The notes beneath the pieces were generated by a model. It was not told the origin of the DNA and searched no databases. It saw nothing but the letters and a program-made list of their open reading frames with translations. DNA of 64,000 nucleotides from Laetmonice hystrix (taxonomy: Eukaryota), in NCBI GenBank assembly GCA_965235115.1, contig OZ249450.1:15438001-15502000 (forward strand), given 5' to 3'. The position numbers and the translations under genes were made by a program. Positions 47,597-59,120 of the stretch are shown here, piece after piece (the first letter of the stretch is position 1; each line of letters begins with the position of its first letter).

Positions 47597-49129
47597 AGTT
47601 ATGTCCGATAGGAGATATGTCCGCAAACATCAGCTATATAGATGTGTCCGGTACCGGACACATCTAGCTGATATTTGCGGATATAGAAGCCAATGAACCG
47701 TAACCCGCGGCTCCGCCAATGCCCATTCACATAGGCCTAAGCATAACCATGCTGTTTCCCTCCAATGACGTCACTGCATAACCTCTATTGACGCTTGGTG
47801 TCACCTTAGTCTATAGCACGTTGGCATGAGTCTTTGTTGCCTGGATGTATACAAGTTTCTTTGATTTTTACTAAACCAAATGTTAAAAATCAAGACAAAA
47901 TGCATTTTAAAAGTATGCTTAAATGTTTACCTACAACGTGCACTACCTTAAGGTTTGTGATTTCGCTGAGATATAGTTTAATATCGTGATCAACCCCTGT
48001 GCTGTGTCTGTCACACCTGTTCTGTGGTACCCGACCAACAGGGTGTGTATATAAAGCAATAGGAACGCTATAGTAGGCCTACCTACAACTCTCTAGGAAA
48101 GGCGAGACTCGGGTCTCCACGTTCGGTCGAAGTCTGGAAACTCCGGAAACCCTGAAGGGAAATTCGACATAGACTTCGACTTACACTTCGAGTTCGAGTT
48201 AAACTTCGACATAGACTTCGACTTACACTTCGACTTCGAGTTAAACTTCGACTTCCGGTTTCCGGCACCCTAGCGGCAAAGTATATGTCACTCATGTCCG
48301 ACAGCTCCGACACCCTGTGGGTTAGAGTTAAGGTTTAGTTTAGGGTTAGTTATATTTTCCCATTGGTCCGACAGACCATGGCATTGGTCTGACAGCCAAA
48401 GTAACCGGCCCAGGGGCGGGCCATTGCCGGCGCGGGGCAGGGGCACCTGGCGCGCACTGAAGGCGAACACGTGGTCGCGCGTCAGGGTTGTCGCGCGTTA
48501 AGTGTAACCGGAAGTCGAAGTTTAAGTCGAACTCGGAGTGTAAGTCAAAGTACAACTCGAAGTCGAACTCGAACTCGAAGTCAAAGTCGAATTTCCCTTC
48601 AGGGTTTCCGTAGGAAACAGACGCTGTTGAAAACATGACGGTATACGAAGAGGTCGGCTCGGTTGGTGTCCACGAGGGACAGGTGAGGGCGAAACAACTC
48701 TTCTAAAGGCTTCTAGAAATAGAACCGGTACCCCGTCAGTGTGCTCAATCTGCGGCAAGGTTCCAAACCAGTTGACTCTCAATGGGCTATCGTGTGTCTC
48801 CAGACGCCAGGGCCTATGAACGTTAAGACTTGGACCCTGAAGAGTCAGACCAATCCCTGATTTTTTAGTTGTTCTCAATTTTTCTTGCTCTCGCTTCCTA
48901 TTCATCAGAATCTGGGAGGGGCTTAATGAGCTGAAATAATGTGGCCTATCACCAAAACGATGTTAACTTTCCAAATGTTCAAGTTTTTCTTCTTCTAGTT
49001 TTAGCGATGTATTAAAAAAGGCTGAGCGAGACCGGCAGTTTACATATAGCTGATATTTGCGGACACGTATCAATTTCTCCAGACACATCTAGCTCATGTT
49101 TGCGGACATATCTCCTGTCGGACATAACT
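47597..49129. mobile_element. About 1.5-kb non-autonomous TIR element upstream of the ASPH ATG exon, with a nested foldback
   Basis: Left end AGTTATGTCCGATAGGAGATATGTCCGCAAACATCAGCTA is the near-exact reverse complement of the right end (49090-49129); sub-terminal repeats AGCTGATATTTGCGGA; no transposase motif recognised. Confidence 0.7.
48144..48610. mobile_element. Foldback-like element with arms built of 6-bp (TTCGAC-type) subrepeats
   Basis: Arms 48144-48260 and 48506-48610 share outer CGGAAACCCTGAAGGGAAATTCGAC and inner TTAAACTTCGACTTCCGGTT; the spacer contains telomere-like GGGTTAG repeats. Confidence 0.8.
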
Positions 49130-49301
49130 AGGCCCTAGCCGTTCGCCCCCCCCCCCCTATCTGTGTGCTAGGCCTATAGATCTACTTGTCCAGCCTCTCG
49201 GGGGATTGGCCCCCATCGCCCACCCGCCCTGGCGGCCTGGCCCCGACAACGCCGGCCTCAGTTGATCAATTCAGGATCGGTCCGCTCGCTTACTGGCACA
49301 A

Positions 49302-49320
49302 TGACGTCAATTACTTCCGG
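49302..49320 (-). promoter_or_regulatory. ETS plus CRE pair in a GC-rich patch; candidate ASPH promoter
   Basis: TGACGTCA 49302-49309 and ACTTCCGG 49313-49320. The ASPH ATG exon has an upstream acceptor (tgtgctttag, near 46985), which implies a non-coding first exon. Confidence 0.4.
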
Positions 49321-50338
49321 CCACCACCACAATATTGCTGCGCCGCTGACCCCAGTGATTTTGACACGGATTGTCATGTTCAACATATGACTTCTTGGAA
49401 TGGGGGGGGGGCATTTATTTCCAACCACTACTCTGAAAGGTGGGGCCTTGCCGCTGTCCAAATGTGATTTTGGGCGGTACTTCTCCTTTAAGTATGAATC
49501 GGGAGGTCGGAAAATAACTCTCCAAATCGGGAGACGCCCGACGATATCGGGAGGTATGAGAGAACAAATTGAAGATCCGCCAGAAGGCAACTCAAAAGGG
49601 TTCACTCCGCTTGGTGTCAGCATATCCACAACTGCAGTAGGCCTATAGGCCATAACCGAAAACAATGTATGGAAAAAATAAAGACACTGAGTTAGGCCTA
49701 TAAGATCAACTGCGCAGTTTCAATATCAGAGGCGGATCCAGGGGGCGTGGGGCGAATCAGTTGGGGTTCTTTTAGAATGGTTCCCGATAGGCCTACCATC
49801 GTTGGTGGCGAGAAAGCCAGTAGCGACGAGATCGGGAACCAATCTATACATAGCTAGCACTTAAGCCTATAGCTATATTGGCCTACACTACTCAAAATAA
49901 GTTCGGGATATATGTAGCTTCCAATTGGACTTGTGCTTGAAATATAGAAATGAAATACCTTTCATGAATAATTTATTGTAAACCAAAGTAGCCTATGGAT
50001 TAGCCTAGGCCATGTGTTAAATAGCTAGGCCTACAACAAAATCTAATTGGTATAGGCTCCTAATCTTGTCAAGGTATTGCAATGTATTGCAATGTATTGC
50101 AACGATACAAGAACAAACTATGGTTCACCCCCACATTCAAAAACACTAGCCCCTAATGCTGGCAATGCGTCAACTAGGCCTATGGGGTGTGCTACTGACG
50201 TAGCCTACTGTTAGCCTGTCATGACTAGTTCCATAAGGGAAACGCTAGATGGCAGTCAAATTTAGTTTTGAGTTAAAACGATAGATCGCAGCAAAGAAGT
50301 AGTACCGTTGCAGGTCGCCAGAGGCGCTGTCCACCAAA

Positions 50339-50427
50339 TGGTTCCCTGCCCGCCGCTATGCTCCTTGGCGCTGATGGTTGCGAGCGACCATCAGCGCTAA
50401 AGAGCGTAGCGGCGGGCAGGGGAACCA
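50339..50427 (+). repeat. 89-nt near-perfect GC-rich inverted repeat (hairpin)
   Basis: About 41 paired positions, three of them G.T/U, with one mismatch, one bulge and a 4-nt loop CGAG. Confidence 0.9.
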
Positions 50428-53064
50428 GGCTAATCGTGCTCAACATTCCCGCCAGCAGGCGCTGCCGGTTTAGACAGTGGTGAAGCCTCCGGTGTGGTCC
50501 GTTGGCCAGAGGCACCAGAGAGCAGACTAGCTCATTAGTCATTAAAAGAAAACTTTTCGATCTCACACTTTGTGGTCATGTCAGCCTATGACTAGGTCCT
50601 TACAAGTGTTTCTGACTCCTTGATCAATGAGATCATCAACAAATACTGCTTTATGCAACAAACAAATTCGGTTTATTGAATGTTTTTTTTACTTTAGCAC
50701 GATCACGTTCTACACCCCACTTGAATCAAACAATTGAATCCAAGTTTCCTTGTGCCACTTCAAAATAACGAACACCTTAGTCGGTCTTGATTCTTTGGTC
50801 AAACCATCAGCAGTTTGAAGAGATATATCTTTCAAACATACCACAATCTATACGTACATGATTCTAGACTATCATTTGTTACAGTTAAATGAAGAGATCT
50901 GAATACAAAAACAACTGATCACATGCATACCAGTGATTAAGTACATAACCGATGCCATAGGTGATGTGTTAACAGGTATAATATTGGGATGCTGACAAGG
51001 TTAGAGCGTGTTGAACTTCTAGGACTAATACAATTTCTGTAAAATTAAAAATAAATTTCCGTAAAATTGTGATAAGTACATAGGTATTGGAATGTATTTT
51101 ACGGCATGTAAAAATAGAAATTTTTTACCTTCCGATTCAAAGTATTTTTCCCAGTACATGTATTATTCTGATTGGCCTGTCTTCTCTTAGATATCTGAAC
51201 AGGAATCAGAATTACGAAATTGTGGGAAATTGTGGGCTACATCTATTTATTTAAACATTAACCTAGTTCTGTTCCAAGTCAATGTGGGTTAAAAACAATA
51301 CATCATAATAGATTTACAAATCATTTACACCATCTCTTATTTGGAAATTCTATAATAAGGTCACATTTCATACACACTGGCATGAAGGAAAGAGTAGATT
51401 GGAATTATTGACATCTAGTATTGATCAATAACATCATGATACATTCAGGGAAATATATAAATCTGCCAGCAGTTTTGGTCATCATGAAAACACCATCATA
51501 AAGAAACATTTATACGCCAGAGCATCACGTTCAGATAAGTCCAACTCGAGAAGTCAGCTTAAACTCATATTTGAGCAACATACGAGTATTCTTTTCATTT
51601 TCCAAGACCCAAGTCTTACGGCTCATAGAGAAACTGGAAAGTTGTGGGAATCCATATCCTTTGTGTTCTATTTTTGTGCTTATTCTGCCTCGTTAACCAC
51701 CACTTAATGACTATTATAAGTCCAACAGTCGCTGAAAAGCAGGTGAAATCATAACTCGGAGTGCAACAAATCCTGCAAAGGACGATATTGATACACATGT
51801 ATGTCATGATTTCTCATTATTACTAACTCATAGGATTTCAAAGATTAAATTTTTACAGCTACTCCCTGACGATATCATTCCTCTTTTCATTTATACATGC
51901 ATTGTCTGTGTATCTCTGGAAGTAATTAAGCATATATTGACAAATGGCACATTTTGAATACTTGGCATTACACCAAAACACATGTAGACCCCCCCCCCCC
52001 CCCAGACACACACACACTCACATATACAGTAGGTATTATAGACATATAATTCATTACTTGTACCAACAGACAGCCACTGGTAATGATTTGGTATAGCCTG
52101 TTACATGTATACTATACCGTATACCGTATGACATTGGGAACGTTGACTCTTGCAACACCAGTTTCAGGGTGTTCATTGTCAGAAAAAACCGCCTATCACA
52201 TGTAACAAACAGACAACAAAAACAGTACAGTACCAGATTACTTGAGAAAAAAAAATGAAAGAATTATGGCAATCTTAACATACTGATGAAATCACACCAC
52301 ACACAATTAAAGAAACATCACAAAATCCAAACTGACACACTGCATTCGTGAACTAGCTATGGTTCATGTATCATTGACTCGTGTAATACTGATGGTTTCA
52401 GTTTCAGCCCTGTCAGAATAGAACCAGCTAAATATGACAAAGGGAACCATGTGTAGAGAATGAATAACACATTTTGTAGCACAGGTACAAACAGCAGCAG
52501 CATCATTGGCTCTCAATCTGTAAAAGAAGATTTCTTTCACAAATTCTATATCCGTCAAATACGTATCGAAAAATATCCTTATAAAATGTACACCACCTTG
52601 CTTTCTACTTATCATTACATAACTGATAAAATCACAAAAATTCTATTATTCACATGTACAATGTATACAATTTATACATCCAGTTATATGATTGTGTTAT
52701 TAATGGATATCCCTCCACTGTAAAAATTAAGTAAACCCAGACTTTTATGGAGCATGTCACTGATTTAGGCTGTATAATATTTCACTTCAATAATAGCAGG
52801 TGTTAAGTCCACGTCAGCAAAAAGCAGGTGCACATCCCATTAAATTCCCATCTCGCGTCTGGAATAGCAATAACGGGAAAGTCATCGAATGCTACCGACT
52901 CACTCCAAATGACATACACAGCACTTGTCTTTCCTTCTAATTGTGTAGTTTGGGCGGAGAGTGTGCATAATGCCAGACATGTCATATTCTCCCGTCCCCA
53001 GCATGATCATGGGGGTCAACCTAGCTTTGGTTCCCTCATTGACGGCACTGCCTCATGTAGTCGG

Positions 53065-55564
53065 TCAACAGGCCACAGGTGTACTAAAGACGACTGTGTA
53101 CTCGCAGATCTCTGTCTCCTGTACTGACATTACCTTGTCCTTCAAACCACAAGTGAAGGTCAACTGTAAATTCAAATATAAAAAAATGTGTAAAATTAAC
53201 TGACATTACTATCACAATGAAGATTTTTTTCAGTGAAGTTGTGTTAATTGATTGGAAATAATTTGTGTAATACCAATTGCTGACTTTTAGTAAATTCTAT
53301 GGGGATGAAACTGACGGAAATCAAACTGACCCAAGATATGCGAGACCTGTTCTCAGGGCATTGGACACTGTCTCCGCCCGCCATCTTCAGTTGTCTGCCA
53401 TAGTTTTGATGGACAACCCATTCGGCAGGATTTCGACCAATTATCTTTTGTGATCCCACAGCAGCTGCCTGGCGTACCTCCTTGAATGGACATACTGTGT
53501 ACTTGTACTTGCCAGCGTGGTGTTGGTAGCACTCCTTGCTTAAGACATAATATTCGCCATCTTCACCATATAGCTGGAAAGATAATTGGTCAAAAACCAT
53601 ATACAGAAAATAGATCAGTGTTTATGTTTCCTGTATTGTTGATATGTCTGACAGAATTCCTCTTTACTCGCATGCGACCTCTTGGATCACAATAGATTAT
53701 TTTCCTCTGGTGAATTGAAGCAATAACTGTCCCTTACCAGGTTTGGGTTAGATTTGGCTTTCGCCTCTTGGATGTACCTAGCCTTGATAGGCATAGCCTC
53801 CTGTCTAATGTGATGGAATTTCTCTGCCTGTTTCAGGATCATCCCACATCGGTCCTTGCACGGAGTCTGATAGAAGCCATACCCAGGATGGTCATCTACA
53901 ACAATGCCCATCAAAATGGTGGAAGTTTCAAAACAGGTCTGTTGTAAAAAGAATCCTACCTTACCTTCATTACCGACATGATTTCTCTTATTGTTTACTG
54001 GGAGGCTTAGTATAGCTTCACCCTGACTAGGTCACTAAAAGAAATGAACATTTCATGCTTTTCCAAAATACAATTCACAATGTGTTAAAAACTGGCCTGA
54101 CCTGGCGATTTGACATGCTCTGGAAGTGGGTTGTTGTCCCACTCGTCACTGCCATCACAGCAGTCACATATGCCATCGTTCACTTGGCTGGACGGGATGT
54201 GTTTCAAATCATGGCTGAAAAGCTGGATATGGCAGTAGAATCTGAAAAATTACAAAATGTTTTTGATACCATACTTTCTTGACTACTGAGCATTATTCAA
54301 ACAGAATGGGTAACAAAAAAATATAAAGTCATGATAGAGGAGCTGGGTTCAGCACTGGCTCACCAGGGTGATTTTGCTTAACAAGGAGTTGCAGTGTCTT
54401 TTGCAGTGTTAGTCATTTTTTTTATAAACACTACCGTCTGCAAATTTAGTCTTAAACACATTAAAATCTTTATGTTAATATAAGCACTCAGCCATCTTTG
54501 ATAGTCACAACCTCTTTTTTGACACATGCATAATAGCAGCTTAGTATCATTTGTAATAACTGTGTCAAAATGATTCTAATGAGTCAGTTTCTTCCATACT
54601 GAATGGAAGGACTTACGGGTATGGTGCTATTATGAAAGTTAGGGTATCGTTTTGTTAAACCGACCTGCCATTAATGCAAGCTGAGGTGCCTGGCTCATCT
54701 GAACCATCTTTGCAGTCACAATAGTCATCATTCACATGATCAAAGGGTATCTTCTCTTTGGAATCTGTGCACGTGAATATAGACTCCGCATTGGGTTTAT
54801 ACAGCCGAGCCCAGTGCTGTGGAACACCGCGGGGCCGGTTTGCTTCCTCCTTAGTTTCTTCTGACAGCTTCTCTTTTGGATTTCTTGGTTCTGCTGTTCT
54901 AAGCTTCGGCTGTTTTGGGTGGAATTTGACTACATCTTCGTGTTTTTTACTATCCGCTTCATCGTGAAGGAAAACTCCTTTGTTTTCAATTGGTGCTACC
55001 TGATCATTTCTATGGGAGCCTTTGATGAATTTTTTATTGTTATTACTATGGATATAATGCTTATCTTTATGCTGCTTTTTCCTACAGTTAAATCCATTTT
55101 CACAATTTTTGTCTGCCGCACTTCCTTGCCTCTGTTGTGATTCAAAATTTAACACCTGAAAATACAAACAAATGACTTCAAACATGGAGAAATGGGGCAA
55201 GCGATGATATACATGTGATATTGCGTTTCAGTACCAAACTATAATTTTATATAGGTTTTTACTGTAATTTTTTTTACAGATACTCTGTACAGGGCAACTC
55301 TCAACAAACATTTCTTTGCCTTTTCATATACGTAGTCAGAAATTGTACATACTGGTTCTATTAATTGGAGAATATCTCATATTTCTTGGTAGCTATTATT
55401 CTTTATGTTTCTAAAAGAAAACAAATCTTTATGCTTCTTATGCATGTAAGGATCATTTTTATTTTTACCTTAATGCTGAGCATCTGAAAAGCCAGGAAGA
55501 TAATGCCTGCAAGTGCCAAGAACACAACCAATGTGTAGACACGGCGCCGACGATAGACTCGCAT
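53065..55564 (-). CDS. Glucosidase II beta subunit (PRKCSH)-like protein with N-terminal signal-anchor and C-terminal MRH domain, 408 aa
   Basis: Exons 55469-55564, 54665-55155, 54102-54241, 53738-53895, 53331-53573 and 53065-53163, phase-compatible (1227 nt). Motifs RPRGV..FTC.DS...[39 protein letters not shown] and [15 protein letters not shown]....[10 protein letters not shown]...CEY....STPVAC-stop. Confidence 0.9.
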
Positions 55565-56116
55565 CGTGGCCTCTGCTCAGCATTATTATCAATTTAGAGA
55601 TCACATGAGCGTTGTTTATTCCTGAAAGAAAAACAATATAACTGCTAAATAGCGAGAAATACCCCACTAACTCTATTTTAGTGATATTCATTCATATTTT
55701 TTTTCTATTCTGTCATATTTCTGAGCAGTAATACCTAATGGATTATTACTACTGGAAAAGAAAAAAAAAAAAGTCTTTGAGTTTGACAATTATCTAGGAC
55801 CTTACGTTACCACGCAGAATCTACCTTTGACTTTGTTTCTTGCAGCGCCCTCGCTGGCCCCACAAATAATACAACGTGGAATGGGACTCTGCCCCGCCTC
55901 GATTACTTTAGCCCCTATTATCGCTCAGTTTGAACCATTTTTGTTCACATCCGCCAAAACTCACTTAACGGCGGCCTTAATGGATAGCTACCAACTGTCA
56001 CTATTACCGTACCTAGAGATTGATTAGAAAACAATCTTACTTTGACTTCTTACTTCTCTAACTGATATTTTACTTACACTTAGACATCTGTTTTGGTTGG
56101 GCGAACTGAACGATGT

Positions 56117-56476
56117 TTATGTCATGGGCGTCGCCATCTTGTTCTTGTTTTCCACAAATCAACATATTTTCCTAGAAATTGTCTAAATGATATGGATTTT
56201 ACCATGAACTATTTTATTCTTGCATCGAAATTATTATTCTTCGATTCATGATAACTCTTAAAGATTTTCCTTTATCATTCCACTTCGTTCATCTTCGTAC
56301 ACTTCCGAGATGTCATTTCCGGTCAGAGCTTCGAAGGCATTCCGAAACCTTACAATTTTGTGCTTATTTTGGAAATATTTTATTTTGTGCTCTTCGCAAT
56401 AATGTTTCTCGAGTGTAAGACTTGACAGGCATGTTTGTGAGTGAGTTAGGACCGTGAAGACGTAGTTACTGAACAG
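56117..56476. promoter_or_regulatory. Bidirectional promoter / non-coding first exons, PRKCSH-like (-) and RNF19 (+)
   Basis: YY1-type CAAGATGGCG on the minus strand at 56132-56141; minus donor GAA|gtaaga near 56053; plus donor CAG|gtaagt at 56476; CpG-richer patch with TTTCCGG. Confidence 0.55.
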
Positions 56477-57051
56477 GTAAGTGAGCAGAGGACACCAGAA
56501 CGGGTGTGTTTTTCTTTTCAGTTTTTGAGCCAGCGTTTGTGGAAGGAGGAACCTTACCTTGCCTTAGTCAGGGTAGTGGGCGGGGGAGGGTTTACGTGGG
56601 CGGCTCAAATTCCCTTTAGGCTATACTAAACTACGTTATGAATGAGGACCGTATAATTACAAGGTTAAGCAATATTGTAATGTTCGTTTTAAACAGATAA
56701 GTCTACCACAGTGTCGGGATCAGGTGATGTTTATAAATAAAATAACAGCGGTTATTTTGCTGGCAAACTTAATGTCTCACCTAACTTCCTAAGGTTTTGT
56801 GCTGCACCACCAGTGTCACTTTTCATCCTGGGGAGAATACTGCTAACCCACACATTTTTCATGTTGGTAATTAGTCAAACGCATTTACTTATTCAGGCCG
56901 CAACAAGATCCAAATTATCAACCTGCCCCATGGCAGGTAGATTGAGGGTTTAACATGTCATAGGCATTAGGAGAGCAATCTTTTTATGCCCTGCTTATTT
57001 TGCTGGAATGCTGGCAAAATAGGGGATATGTTAATTAATTCGCCCCAGATA

Positions 57052-57946
57052 CAGTCAGACCTTGTTAATCCGGCCATCGTTAATCCGTATGACTTGCAAT
57101 CCGGACACATTTCCTTGGGAACGGATGTTTTTAATGTTATTTGTTCTTCTTAATCCGGATGTCTTGGTTTCCGGATCCGAACATGCCAGATTCTAGCAAA
57201 TGTTGATTTTAGTATGTAAACTGACTGGTTAATCTGGTCACCAGAACCTTAAGATGACAATGTGTGGCACAGGCTCACCGTGGCTCCAGGGCGGCCACTG
57301 CCACTCAAAGAGGTGTGAATGAAACAACACCCAAAGCCCGACTGTTAACAGTTAGGCCTACTTGATACAAAAGGTATTGTTTCCCATTGAAATGATAACT
57401 CGGGTATTGTTCTTTTTCTGGTGCATGGCTACACTTCAACAAGGCATGCTGGCCTCATGAGCAGAGATGACAAGCTCTTTGATAAACTTCGCATCTACCA
57501 ACAACCGAAAGAACAACTACACGGACAACTACCATGTCTAAAATGAATCATTGACTTTTCTTTCATAATATCCTATATATGGTGTACGGCACTAGGATTC
57601 CTGCCCAACGTTTCCTGCAGAAGCTTTTATTAAAAAATGGCAGTTTTATATATTTAAAGATAAGTCCTACATTCACTTAGTGTCCCGTTTATTAATTGCT
57701 GTAATCAGTTCTGCAGTGCCGTAAGGTATAACCTGCAAGGAATAGGCCTCTGGTGCACGTGGTCCATGGGGATAAGGCGGGAAAGACTACTATTCAAAAT
57801 GGTCACCAGGTGGTGTTAACAGTAGATCCCAGAGACCAGTAGGTGGCACTGCATTCGGCAAGTCTGCTGATTTGTTAATCCGGCGTTTTGAAATCCGAAC
57901 AAAATTTCTAGGGAACCAGTGTGTTCGGATTAACGAGGTCTGACTG
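57052..57946. mobile_element. Tc1/mariner-pogo (Tigger-like) non-autonomous element, 895 bp
   Basis: TIR CAGTCAGACCT(T/C)GTTAATCCG, TA TSD on both sides, sub-terminal TTAATCCGG repeats. Confidence 0.88.
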
Positions 57947-58422
57947 TATATCAGTCAGGCCAGATGTTTTTAGACTTTGGTGATGGGCACCTAACATTTT
58001 TTGGCACTCAATAGTACGGACCAGTACACGGACTTGGGTACTCCCCCGCTGCACTCGCATTTCGCGAGTTGCGAGTGCCTGTTTAGTTCCCTGGTTATAT
58101 TATATAACCTGGTTATTATATTACCGGTATATTAGTTCCCTGGTTATATATGGAGACACTATCTTCTTGTCTAGTTGTGCAAGTCACTGTGGAAGAAATG
58201 GGCCAAGTGAGGTTGACAGGATGCTGAACTAACAAAGACCAATTTGACTCTGTCATCCATGAACCAGACATGTTGTCAGTTGAGAGTGCCGAGTAGGTGG
58301 GTGAGTCATGAGGATGGTGTACAATGATTGGTAGTCACCATGTACCATGGGTTCCATGTATCAGAGCCTCGTCTACCAATCCTATGATCATCATGGACCG
58401 CACCTGGCTTAGCCTAGTCACC

Positions 58423-59120
58423 GGTTGACGGTCGATGTGTACCGCTGCGTCTGTGCACCGTAGTCGATGTGTACCCCTCCGCAGTCGTTGTGTACCACTT
58501 CCCTGGTCGTTGTGTACCGCTTCCCTGGTCGATGTGTACCCTTCCCTGGTCGATGTGTACCAGTAGGCCAATACAATAATATCTAATGATCAGCTCTAAT
58601 AATGTGTGGCATCTCTCAGCAGGGGGTGGGGTAAGGCCTGCATGGCTATTATACATGTATAGAACGCGCCATTTTTAGACTTGTAAGGTTGGATACCGAC
58701 TAGATGTATGAGCTTGTATGACAGCTCGCTAGCTCCGCCTGGCCCGGCCCGCTCAGCCGCTCGCCCGCCCGGCCGCTCACTCACCCGGCCGCTCGCCCGC
58801 GCAACAACTCTAGGTCAGCGGAGGAGCGCGCTAATCATTGACCAGATTATGGTAGCCTGCTTTATGATTTTCATTTTAACATAATATTAGGCTAAATCTT
58901 TCTGGGGACCATGTTATGTACGGTAATGATGTCTATGCATTTTGACCAGTACACTCCGACCAGGGGAGGGGAGGGGTACACATCGACCGGGGAGGGGTAC
59001 ACATCAACCAGGGAAGCGGTACACATCGACCAGGAAAAGGGGTACACATCGACCGGTGAAGCGGTAGTAGCGGTACACATCGACCGACCACAGTGACAGT
59101 GGTACACATCGACTAGTATT
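58423..59120. mobile_element. Foldback/Mutator-like element with arms of about 20-bp GGTCGATGTGTACC subrepeats
   Basis: The left arm (58428-58560) and right arm (58945-59113) are inverted arrays; 9-bp direct repeat CTAGTCACC at 58414-58422 and 59121-59129. Confidence 0.72.

Noticed and set aside
48083-48905. SRS- and FDF-repeat ORFs and a 127-aa ORF that might be a THAP or transposase fragment
   Set aside because: These are translations of hexamer arrays; no C2CH THAP signature or DDE motif was found.
53053-53067. TGA-C stop of the PRKCSH-like gene as a possible selenocysteine or readthrough to an ER-retrieval signal
   Set aside because: A second TGA follows after three codons (PTT), no HDEL/KDEL is gained, and no SECIS was recognised.
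58725-58805. GCTC repeats resembling a parvovirus (AAV) ITR Rep-binding element
   Set aside because: There is no T-shaped palindrome and no Rep or capsid remnants; low-complexity similarity is sufficient.
48168-59113. Regularly spaced repeats (48168-48260, 58428-58560, 58945-59113) as possible CRISPR arrays
   Set aside because: The context is eukaryotic, there are no unique 30-40 bp spacers or cas genes, and the arrays are inverted arms of transposons.
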